Source: Phallusia mammillata
Lineage: Eukaryota
Direction of reading: 5' to 3'
NCBI GenBank assembly: GCA_965637545.1
Contig: OZ281495.1
Location: 28,520,001-28,584,000, forward strand
DNA: 64,000 nucleotides
Shown: piece after piece, positions 13,601-24,700 of the stretch
Position numbering within the stretch: position 1 is the stretch's first letter
Layout: each line of letters starts with the position of its first letter
Notes under the pieces: generated by a model
Told to the model about the DNA's origin: nothing
The model's input: only the letters and a program-made list of their open reading frames with translations
The model's database searches: none
Program-made: the position numbers and the translations under genes

Positions 13601-13992
13601 AGAATGGCTTGAATATTACATTTTTAACCAGGTATGTTATTTCCCTTGTGGTTTTGCAATTTTATAATTGTGGGTAAGTCAACTATAACTATGTCGACAA
13701 ATCAAGAGCTTGTTTTATTCAATTTTGAAATTTTTTAGCTGTACATATTGGTTGGTGTATTAATGACATTGCAAAAGATATTTTTTGTATCAAGGTAAGA
13801 TGAAGTGTGCCACTTGACCTCATGTCAAAATGAAATTTGCAAGTTGTAATGTGAGATGGCTGACCTACCTTTTAGTGGTTATGCAGATACGTAAATGGTC
13901 CATGGAATCGTACACTGTGTTTATTACGGCGAAAAGTCAATGAAGAAAATGTTTTTCGAATAAAGTGTGACGCCAGGACGATCAGTTACCAC

Positions 13993-14599
13993 CAGGGCTG
14001 CCAATGAGAATTTCAACAAAACCCAAGACTCACAGCAAAATAACCCAAGAAATTACATGAAAACCCAAGATTGCAAAATGTGGTTAGAAATGCAATTAAT
14101 TAGGAAATTTTCTCGGTTCATTGACAAATGTTTGACAATTTACAGTCCGGAAATGCAACTTTACAAACTGGTAGGCAATGGTCAATGCAAGCAAAGGGAA
14201 TATTATGTTCAATAAAATATGCAGCAATCGCCAGTTCACTCTAGCTGTTTGATGATCATCGTCTGTTATCTTTTTTATAAAATTAGTAATGTCTACAGTA
14301 TATTTAGAAGCATTAAAACTTCTTTGATGGTTAGCAGTTTTTATGTTTAACGAGCATTGATTTATTTGCATTTTTAAGTGTAACGATTGCTTTTCCTGTA
14401 TACTTATCTAGAAAGAATAAAGGTCTAGAAAAGAGAGAAAATAAAAGTGAGGCCTAAACAGTGCAGCTACCCGAAACACTTTTTTGTTAATATAGTTCTT
14501 ATATTTATTTCATCAATAAGACTCAAAACCCAAGAATTGCTATAATTTTCAAAATAAAACCCAAGACGTCAAGTAAAAACCCAAGCTTTGGCAGCCCTG
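13993..14599. mobile_element. Non-autonomous hAT element
   Basis: TIR cagggctgccaa / ttggcagccctg; perfect 8-bp TSD gttaccac (13985-13992, 14600-14607); subterminal aaacccaag repeats at both ends. Confidence 0.9.
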
Positions 14600-14843
14600 G
14601 TTACCACCAGTCAGCGTGCACGGTCTTTGTTTGTGTATTATAAGTTGACGGTAGTAGGTTAGTCAAAGTATTTGGGGAAACAAATGCAAATAAGGATATT
14701 TTGGAACGTATGAAAATGTCTATGCGAGCCTCGGGAAATCAGGTGAAAATTATGGAAAGTAAGTAACAATACTAAAATAAATAGAATAATGAACTTTATT
14801 TATTAGACGGAAAAAATATCTGGTTCTCAATGCATATCTGAGC

Positions 14844-15098
14844 CAGAGTTGTACGGAGTCTGTTTTTTTTTTCAGAATCCGGGTCCGAAAAAATTTACTC
14901 CTGCTCCTGATTACTAGCGCAAAATCAGGCTCCAACTCCTGATAATAATCCGTTGTAACAAACAATCGTTGCTTTAACGAAGCAATAACGAAAGCAAATT
15001 GAACTTCGGCCCTTGCTCCGACAGTTCTGATAAAACGTAAACTACGGCACATATTGGTAAAATCCGAATCCGGTACTCCCGGCTCGTGCACACCTCTG
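14844..15098. mobile_element. Degenerate MITE candidate
   Basis: Weak TIR (cagag..tg.ac / gtgcacacctctg); flanks atctgagc vs ctccgagc resemble a decayed 8-bp TSD. Confidence 0.35.
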
Positions 15099-16091
15099 CT
15101 CCGAGCTGACTTAAAAAAATAACTCGTTCTCTATGGACCATCATATTATATGTGCTATAAAGACAATACTAGTTGGTGACGCAGATCTTAGATCAAGTTT
15201 TACAAGCAAAGTTTCGTGGTTTGCGCTCGATCACCAAAGAAGGGCGACTTTCATAACAATTAGCCTACTTCCTCTTTTAACGCTTCACCGTCCCATTTCG
15301 GGTCCTTTTTCATAAGGAGGCAAATCTTTTTCGATTCCCCTTTTTCGTAACATTTCTCTCACTTTCTTGATCGCCTTTTTGACAGCTAACTTAAATTCGG
15401 GTGGAAAAAAGTCAGAAGAATGTTTTCGTGGTGGGCGCCTCGCAAGACCAGACATCTCTTGACTCAAGCAAGCAAGTCTCTCCTCAAGGTCACTCGGGTG
15501 GAGTGCAGGGTTTGGAAGGAACTCCACCATCTTCCTCACACTTGAGATCGGATCAGCCACTATGTCTTCGTAGTACATGACTAATACTGGTCTCTTCTGG
15601 GATAAAACTTTTTCATGGAATCTTATCCAATAGTCAACTTTTGTTTTCGTCGATAGTTTGATTTCTACCATAAAAATGCAGTGAAAATTAAAGAGGTGGT
15701 GGATTTACACAACGCCCTATATATCTCTTTTTTTTACTGGCTGAAAAAAACACGTTAGTAACAGATATAAGGTGTTCCAAAAACAGTATTGTTCAGTTAA
15801 TCCTAGGTTTGATCTAATTTATTAAAAGCTAACTACGGCTTGTTCGAGAGGACTAAAAAATATACATCCAGTAAAGTAAATTTTTGAAGCCTTTAGTGTA
15901 GCTTACACAGAAACGAGTCCGTGACTTTAAGTCATATGATATCAATTCTATTGTACAAAAGTGGTTATAAAACTGATTATAAAACTGATATTATTTACAA
16001 TACATTGCAACACGAAAAACACAGATTGATTTAGGTGTACTGAAAGCTTCAGTTTACTAAGTATAAAAGTGGTGTTTAGCTTAGTAAAATG

Positions 16092-16262
16092 CAGTGGTGG
16101 GATTCAGCCGGTTCTATAGAACCGTCTCACGAAATGTCATGAGATTAGCGAACCGGTTAGCATTACTGGTTACTGTCAATGGATTTTTTGTAACAGAACC
16201 GGCTAAAAAATATGACTTTTGTGATGGAACCGACTGACAAAAAAAATTGAATCCCACCACTG
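16092..16262. mobile_element. hAT MITE
   Basis: TIR cagtggtgggattca / tgaatcccaccactg; perfect 8-bp TSD gtaaaatg. Confidence 0.9.
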
Positions 16263-16975
16263 GTAAAATGCAATAGTATGCTACAATCTGCTTTTAACGC
16301 CGGTTATCTTCCCCAAAGGTAAGGGTTTTGTCCATTCAGATATGGTTGAAATACTTTTGCCGGAAGTAATAAAAAGTTTAAAGCTCTTCGGCAACCAAAT
16401 CGACAAAAAATCTCGGTACGTGTATTAAGCCTATGTCATTCACGCTAAGATATTATCGACCGAGTTTAACGAATGTACCACAATGAGAGTCAAAAAGGAC
16501 ATATAACTTTTGCCTACTTTGCTTTAAAACATCATCAGGTGCAGAGTTTACATGCATTTTTGAAAAGTTAGTTTTTGAAGAGACCATCAGGTTCAGCCAT
16601 GCTACAATGCACTTGTAAGGATTTCTGATTATTAAAATAAACGCTGCAGAGTAATTTGGCACTGGTTTGTTGTGCAAATGCTCTTTAATAATGTTCGTCC
16701 TGTTTTCTTCTACTTCAATTTCTTCTCCCAAGTATCCTGAATAAAAATGAAACATATTATGAAAAGATCTGGCCACTTGTGGTGAAGGTTTTTAAAAGGT
16801 TGCTGTGGTCTGTAACTGGCGTCGTCGTTTCATTGTTTTAAGATATATTGTCGATATACTGTTTTGAGATATACAGTATAAAAACTGGAAACATGGGGGC
16901 TACATTAGGGTTTAGTAAACACTTTGCAAAAGAATAAAATCTTTTGTCTTGAAGAACCGAATTTGCCGTTTGATC

Positions 16976-17178
16976 CAGTGGTCGGCAACCGCCGGTACCG
17001 GTCCGCAACAAGTTACAGGGCCGTATAATTTTTCACGCTTAGTGCTTTAAAACTTTTTGCCCATAAACTAATTTATGCGTTTTTAATGCTTAATATTTGT
17101 CGTTTTTAGAAGGCCGGTCTGCAATAAAATTTCAGTTTCAAAAACGGTCTGCAGTCGAAAAAAGGGTGCCGACCCCTG
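16976..17178. mobile_element. hAT-like MITE (old)
   Basis: TIR cagtggtcggcaacc / ggtgccgacccctg; TSD not preserved. Confidence 0.6.
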
Positions 17179-19077
17179 TTTTAAACGAAATCATAATTTA
17201 AAACCCGAATGTTATTACAAAGCGTGACTTGTCGCCTTTCAAGAGACACATTGTTACCTTTAATTGATGAAGTCAGAAATGAACCAACCCTGTGTTTTAA
17301 GTAAACAAAAGTCCGAACCAGAACCAAAAAGCCCGGACCCCGCCGACCCTAAACTCGATATGACTCAAATAGTCACTGTACCTATTTCACTGAGACTTCG
17401 GTCGGTCTGAACACTTCCAGTGTAATAACCAGTGGCTTTCTCCAGCAAATACCGAGTCCAGGTGTTTCCTGATCCCGGATATGTGGTCAGGAAAGTCCTT
17501 TTGTACATTCCTGGTGGGAGAAGACGGACGTTGCCACATCTTCTGTCCTCCACAAACGTCCGGAATACTTCAATGGTGTCCGAGGTGTTGCAAGAATCGA
17601 CTTTTCGTGTTAAGTCAATGCTGGAGAAAATTGCACAATTCAGGATTTTAAAAATTCTAACAAGCATTTGTTACAAGAAATAGACATGCTTTTATCACCA
17701 ATTCTGTGATTTGTCTGTTTCTTGTTAAAAAAGCTATAATTCTTGATTACAGTGGTGCCGTAAGAGTATGAGATTTTAAAGTTTTATTAACACTTTTACA
17801 GTCCGCGCTTCGGCAGTTGTGCACGTAACGCTTTTAATTGAAATGTTTGTAATAAGTACTATAACCTTTTGCCTGCTCTGCCGCACCAGCAATTCTTTCT
17901 GTCATACAATGCGAGCGGATGTTCTTCGCTTTGACAAACAGTCAAACAATTATGAGATGATGTTATACTGTGGTGATTACTGGAAAGCAATATCTTAGGA
18001 GTTTTAATGCATCCAATGTATCGAGAAGCCGCCTGGTCCGCAGTATAAGACCCTGCTGAAAGCAAGTTAGTTAATCTCGATGTTTATTTCCGCATGTGCT
18101 GGGGATTGGTTTAGACTTTCTGATTATCGGTATTGGATCTTGCAAAACACACACATATAACAAATTGGGAACTTGAAACTAAACCGATTGCAAACAAAAG
18201 CTAATCCACCTTTAATACATTCTCCTTTAAGAAAATAAACTTCAACACTCTTTTCTCCTCCACAAGTCCCGGGATCTTCTTCTATAATACTCCCTCCGCC
18301 ACAAACGATGTTGCATTGGTCAGACGAATTTCTGATATCGGCCACCGCTTGAAATTGTTTTGCACAAAAGCATGTGATGTCTTTTACAGCCGCGAAATTA
18401 AAATCCCTGAACATAACTGACAGCTTTCAACAATGTATTTTGAATTCTGATATTGTGCAAACCTATGTTTGGAGTTTTGGAGGAGGTGTTTAAGCAAAAA
18501 TTTGTCAAACAATTTCGAGCAGCAAATTTATTTTCATTTGTTCAATATCCAAATGGTAGATTTATGTCTAAATTATGCCCAGAAGTTTGGTCATCAGTAA
18601 CCTTTGGATTAATTTTGCGCACTTTGTGTTTTGGTTAATTACGCAAATTTTGCTCTAAAATAGTTCATGGAAATGGATCCTTGTCTTTTGATTGCACAAT
18701 GCGGCAACGTTTGTGCTGGCAAGAGCCAGTTTGATGCTTTACTTTTATCTCTTGGAGACCTTGTATCCAGTCTATGCGACAAATTGTAAATAGCTCTAAT
18801 CACAATAGACTAATGAAACGGTTAAGGCTTCTTACCTTTTGAATTAATTTTTCATTTTTTTGCCGTTTAAAATGACTGACAGAAGTAAAAAAAAAAAAAC
18901 AATTGTCGTTACTTTACAGTAAAACCCACCGCCTTTTGTTACAAAATGTTATTCGAGAAATATTCCTGATCACACAGATACTATACTTTACAGATATGTT
19001 AAAACAACTCTCATTTCAAAAATGTATCTCAAATCCCCTGCCTGGTGATGCTGTCCTATGGGTGTACACAAGAAACA

Positions 19078-19263
19078 CAGTGCTGGATTAACCATTAGGC
19101 AAAGTAGGCACGTGCCTACAGGCCAGTCAAGAGTACAGGCCACTTTATCTTTGTGACGATGATTTGGCAACACTGATAATTCTAATTTTTTAGATGGCAA
19201 TCCCGATTTTCGGGCCACTTATAAAATGTGCCTACAGGCCAGCAGACCCTTAACCTGGCACTG
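19078..19263. mobile_element. hAT MITE family M1 in intron 3 of type-B WSCD genes
   Basis: TIR cagtgctggattaa / ttaacctggcactg; 8-bp TSD aagaaaca / gagaaaca. Other copies at 33029-33214, 34698-34872, 40335-40520 and 54581-54766. Confidence 0.9.
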
Positions 19264-20386
19264 GAGAAACACTTGTTTAGCGAGGGGGCGTGGTCAACAA
19301 AAGTTTGTCACTTACTTTGTTTCACAGTACGAAACGCACCATCCAGTCGTCATGAATTTGTATTTTATAGACGTAGCTGATTGATCAATTTCCTTTATTC
19401 GGTAGTAGCATCCGATATAAGACGCTGGGTAGTAAACCAAGATTAGAGGCTAAGTTCCGAAATATTTAAGGTTCGTACATGTAAAGCTTACCTTCGCAAA
19501 CGACTTTAATTTCGTTTTTCAACACAAATGGTAACGTAAATTGTGTCTCAGTTGTCACCCTGGTACAAAAAAGATGAAGAAACGTCAGCAAAAGTGGTTT
19601 GAACTTATATGTATAGCTAACTAGATTAAATTTAAAGTACAGTACATCTACAGAACACTTCAAAAGACAAGATGACAGTAGTATTGTGTAGCAGGTGCGT
19701 CGGTCATTACACAGTCCAATTAGGGGAACAATGGGTTATGTTTCGTAGTTATGTAGTCCCATGCTTTCTTATGTTCGAGGTACTGCTGGTATTTCTGTTA
19801 CTGCGACTCATGTGACTTTACGTTTGTTGAAAATCGCTGCTGTTAATCTGTCACACATTTAAAACAATGCACAGTTGTTTTATAACAATGAATTTGATCA
19901 GCTATTTGCCAATCGAACAGGATGTATATGTCAGTCAATTTGGTGATTGTCGTGTCAAAGCTATGAAATACTACATTAAACACCAAATCGGGCCTAATGC
20001 TATCTACCCCTGTCTGGCGATCTTACATACTCTTGTTAAATGCTTCTTTATTTAAAGTCAAGGCTTAAAGTTTCCTAAAGGCTTAATAAAACAACTTGTT
20101 CACTATATTTTTCCACTGCAGAAAAACGAACCAGTCTGTCGTCAGAAAAATATTTACGTTGCACTAATACAAAAAGAGGCGTGCTCCGGTGGTCTTAAAC
20201 TAGTTTACATGCATCAACATCAGTAACATTTCAAAGCATTAAATAAGACAGGTTCTTCAGACTCGGTTTAAATTTACAAATTTGTTTTTGACATTTGACA
20301 AGCCACCGTTTTTCAGAGAACTATAACGTCAGGCTACCGACATACTGTGCTGATGGTTTACATGTTTACCTACAGCACAAACTCAA

Positions 20387-20389
<3 letters not shown>

Positions 20390-20419
<30 letters not shown>
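20390..20419. repeat. (TA)n microsatellite in intron 1 of copy 1
   Basis: Direct reading; the paralogous tracts near 33585 and 55885 are shorter. Confidence 0.9.
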
Positions 20420-20423
<4 letters not shown>

Positions 20424-21229
20424 AATGTCATTCAAAGCACTTTTTAGATTCATCCGCAGAAGTTGATCCCATAACCACGGTTGAGTATATGGTGTCATAA
20501 GTTTGTTTGTGAATGAAAAGCATTGTCAGAGCAACCAGGAAAAACCTTTTTCCTCATGGTATTACAAGCAACGCTCCTACACCCTCTGTTTTCTGATGCA
20601 GACTGACAAACACACAATAGTCAAGATTGATCTGGTTGTGACACAACACGCAAGTAGGACAGACTGACAAGAGATCGTGTTACACATTTATTACGTAACG
20701 TATACTCTGTTGCGCCCCCAGTGTTCTTTTTGTAAGCGGCGATACTCGACGTGGCAGATGTATGTATATAGTCGTGGTTGGTGCTTATGGAAACAGATGT
20801 GGTTTACCTGTTGAATTTTATATGCCGCTTTGCTACAACTGACAACTACTGGTCTACATCGAAAGTTGGAGCATTAATGCGAGCCAGTGCGCGTAAACGA
20901 AGCAATACTACAATTGCATTATAATCAAGTGGTATAAAGTTGTAGCGATTTATACTTCTGTGTTGCCTGTATGGACGTTAGCACAAAATGGCAAGGGACA
21001 CATCGAAAAAATGCACTCTACTGACTATATGGATTCAAAACATTATTCAAAGGGTTGCCTCCATGAAAGTTTTCTGTCTGCGCCCAAGATTGCCCCCTAA
21101 CTTAAATTCCGAAAAAAAAACACTTTTTACTTCCAAAGCAGGTTATCGAAATTTATTACAGTATCAGGCTGGTAAGATAATTTTACAACATGCTTTTACA
21201 TGCAAACTTGTATGTTTAAAAACTTAAAA

Positions 21230-21554
21230 CATCGAGCCAATGAATGATAAGCTGGAGACATTGCGCACTGTTTTAACATGTAAGGTTTCATCAGTGCCGC
21301 TGGTGACAAGAGATCGGCCGTATTGGCTGATGTAGCAGTTTGTTGGGAGTAATAGGGTAAAAACCCATGCCTCACAACAGGGTCAAAACCCGTGCCACAC
21401 CTGGTTTTTACCCTATTACCTCCAACAGACCGGAATGCCGTTGGATGGCTACATCATTTAATAGGGCCGATCTCTCGTCACCAGCTGCGCTGATGCGACT
21501 TTATATGTTGAAACAGTGTGCACTGTCTGCAGCTTATCATTTATTGGTTCGATG
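21230..21554. repeat. About 325-bp imperfect fold-back (long inverted repeat) downstream of the WSCD stop
   Basis: Arm catcgagccaatgaatgataagctgg...gagatcggccgtatt pairs with aatagggccgatctc...gcttatcatttattggttcgatg. An inner pair gtaatagggtaaaaacc / ggtttttaccctattac closes a loop of about 35 nt. Paralogs at 43325-43639 and 56719-57043, and one arm at about 39265-39367. Confidence 0.8.
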
Positions 21555-21704
21555 CTTTTCCATTGATACTGTAACACTGAACCGACTTTTGTTCCCAAGC
21601 GGCCATTGTGAGCAAGTTTCCTTTGTGGTGTATGCCCAGTTGAGGCATCTTTTTGGGTTGACCAACGAAGTCAGGCAAGATGTGTTCATGTTCGTATTCA
21701 ACGT

Positions 21705-24700
21705 TTACCATTCCATTTCGGGTCCTCTTTCATAAGGCGGCAAATCTTTCTCAATTCCCCTTTTTCGTAACATTTCTCTCACTTTCTCGATCGCCTTATT
21801 TACATCTAATCTAACTTTGGGTGGAAAAAAGTAGGAGTGTTTTCGTGGTGGTCGCCTCGCAAGGCCCGTGATCTCTTGACTTAAACAAGCGAGTCTCTCC
21901 TCAAGGTCACTCGGGTGGAGTGCAGGGTTGGGAAGGAACTCGACCATCTTCCTTACACTTGAGATCGGATCAGCCACTATGTCTTCGTAGTACATCACTA
22001 ATACTGGTCTCTTCTGGGATAAAATTTTCTCGTGAAGTTTCGCCCATGACAAAACCTCCTCTTTCATTGTTTGGTTGATTTCTGCCACAAACAAAACAAA
22101 AGTGGAAAAATCAAAAAACGACGTCGATCAATTGTAATCACAGAGTTGTAAGTGGGTAAAAGAACTTGGCCAATAATCCTAAAGTACAAGGCCAAAACCC
22201 GACCTGAACGCGCAATCTTATTGAAAACAGGATTGAATTATCCCTGATAGTTAGAATTGACCTGGTGCAACTACGACAAAAATATAACCAAGCGTAAGGT
22301 TAGACTCGAATGAAGCCAATTTGCTCAAGCTTAAGCCCGGTCCGACTTACAGTTCTGATATACGAACATGTATTTATTGCTAGTGTCAATTTTACGAGTG
22401 AAACTATCTGCAAACTTTTTTTTATTTTGTGATCATTATGTGCCATGAAAGGTGTTTTGCAGTGTTTTAAACGACCTTTTGAGATCGGTTTATTGCATGA
22501 CTAATCCATACGTGTGCCTAAATCAGTAGGATATAAACACGTGCGCAATGGTAACAAAATGAACTCATCATTCTGGCATGCGCAATACACATACAATACA
22601 AAGAAATGGTAGAATTGCATGCATAAATTTTACCAAGCTATAAAAGAGCATTTAAAAATCAATATAAATATTGCGTACTTTGCTGTATCACTTCGTCTGG
22701 TGCAGACTTGACATGGCTCCCAGACTTTAAGGCCCAGTTGAAAAATGAAATGATGCATTTGTAGGGATTTCTGATGACCAAAATGAACGCTGCAGAGAAA
22801 TCTGAAATCGGCTTGTTGTTCACAAAATGATCTTTGATAATGTCCGTCCTTTTTTCTTTCACTTCAATACTTTCTCCCAGGTAACCTAAATAATAGAAAA
22901 GCGACGGCCATCCTGAAACTATTCAAACCGGTAAATACAGCCTGGCCCGAGAAAGTACTTTTTTTGCAGGTAAATAAAGATTGATTTAGGTCCAAAAGCT
23001 TAACATTTTAGCTTAAAATTCGGCACAAATGTGGCTGAGTGTAAAGTCAGACCCGAACCAATCCCGTTCAAATTGAACAAAAATCCGAATTTGAAACGAT
23101 ACGTCCGGACCCTTCCGACCTTCAACTCTGACTCAAAGGTCACTGTACCTATTTCACTGAGGCTTCGGTCGTTGTAAACACTTCCAGTGTAATAACCAGT
23201 GGCTTTCTCCAGCAAATACCGAGTCCAGGTGTTTCCTGATCCCGGATATGTAGCCAATAAAGTCCTGTTGTACATTCCTGGTGGAAGAAGACGGACGTTG
23301 CCACATCTTATGTCCTCCACAAACGTCCGGAATACTTGTGTCCGAAGTGTTGTAACGGTGTCCGAAGTGTTGCAAGAATCGACTTTTCGTGTTAAGTCAA
23401 TGCTTAAAAAATTTTCGTTGAAAATCATTTGACCAATAATAGTTATACATCAAATTTTCAAACACTCAAAGTGTACATAATGATATGCATTCGTACTGTT
23501 ATGTTAATCATCAATGAATCGTAAGTTTGAAAAGAACTTCTCAGATTTGACTATGAGATAGGTTTGAACAGATGGGTTGTTTCTATCACATCAGTCAACC
23601 AATTGTATAAAGGAAAATTCAATATATATATCGATGGAAATTTTGTTACCAACATTTATAAAAGTAATTGGGTTTTGTCGCATGAGTTACAAAATTAGGG
23701 TTACAAAACAAAATTATTTTATCTTTGAAAGCGACCATGGGTCAAGAAAAAGAAACCTAATGAATAACACTACCTGTTGCGTGCTCTTCCGCACCAGCAA
23801 TTCTTTCTGTCATAAAATGCGAGCGGATGTTCTTCACTTTGACAAACGGTCATGCAATTATGTGATGAGGTCACAATGTGGAGATTACTCGAAGGTAATG
23901 TTTTTGGCTTTTTGATGCAACCAGCGTATCGCGAAGCTGCATGGTCCGCAGTAAACGACCCTGTTAAAAGCAATGGTAATGTAAGCGAAAGCGGCGTACC
24001 GGTAAAAGTTTTACCGCTAATAATTGTAGCATATGTATGCAACATCCTAAATCTATCCTAAAATTAACAAATAATTCTCTTAATAGTCTCTACAATATTT
24101 TCTCTTATTATATTTCTATGTCTATCTTACAGTTGGCTATGTTATAGTTAAAGGCTAAAAGTATGCGAAATTTTTGACAAATACTTTGATCCGGCAAGAT
24201 AACCTTTATAATATATCACTGGCCATAAAAGCATCAAGGATTTTTGAAATGTTGGCAAAGCATGACAAACCTTTAACACAATCTCCTTTAAGAAAATACA
24301 CTTCAACACTTTTTGCTCCTCCACAAGTCATTGGAACGCCATTTTTGTCATCACTTCCTCCACCACAAGTAATGTTGCACTGATCAGAGGAAGTTCTAAT
24401 ATCGGCTAAATACTGAAAATGTTTTGCACACAAGCATTGAATGTCCTGCACAGCTGCAAATTTAAATTCTCTGAAATAAATTGGACAGTAATTAATAAAA
24501 AATTGATTCTCTGATTGCAGTTGTAAATTTTGCAAAACTATTGTGGATTTAAAATAGTTGCATTTAGAAACCAAATCGATTCCATTGGTTTGGTATGGTT
24601 TCAATTTAAAAGAGCTGTTTATGTGAAAAGAGTAAGGCAAGCTTGGCTAATTATATAATACCCCAGACCCAGAAACAATCATTACATAAACAAACTGACA

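Larger units (their letters stand above)
15285..20557 (-). pseudogene. WSCD: WSCD copy 1 (type-B 5' end, divergent 3' end); exon-1 frameshift, so pseudogene or anchor-less variant
   Basis: Exons 20557-20441, 19559-19492, 19424-19316, 18406-18210, 18052-17866, 17620-17382, 16736-16518, 15664-15285. Exons 2-8 are open with WSC Cys patterns, TYPGSGNTW (5'-PAPS motif) and RNPY. Exon 1 is 117 bp vs 125 bp in copies 4 and 6 (8-nt deletion), which breaks the signal-anchor frame. Confidence 0.8.

Noticed and set aside
17432-17683. Recurrent plus-strand [20 protein letters not shown]..
   Set aside because: Antisense shadow of WSCD exon 6.
18988-19218. Recurrent ORF MARKSGLP(S/T)[11 protein letters not shown] (also 32951, 40380, 54491)
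   Set aside because: It is the translation of MITE M1, not a gene.
20988-21735. Recurrent plus-strand ORFs MARDTSKK.. and MPHNRVKT.. (also at 43 and 56-57 kb)
   Set aside because: They lie in duplicated intergenic and hairpin sequence, their frames are broken by indels between copies, and there is no domain signal.
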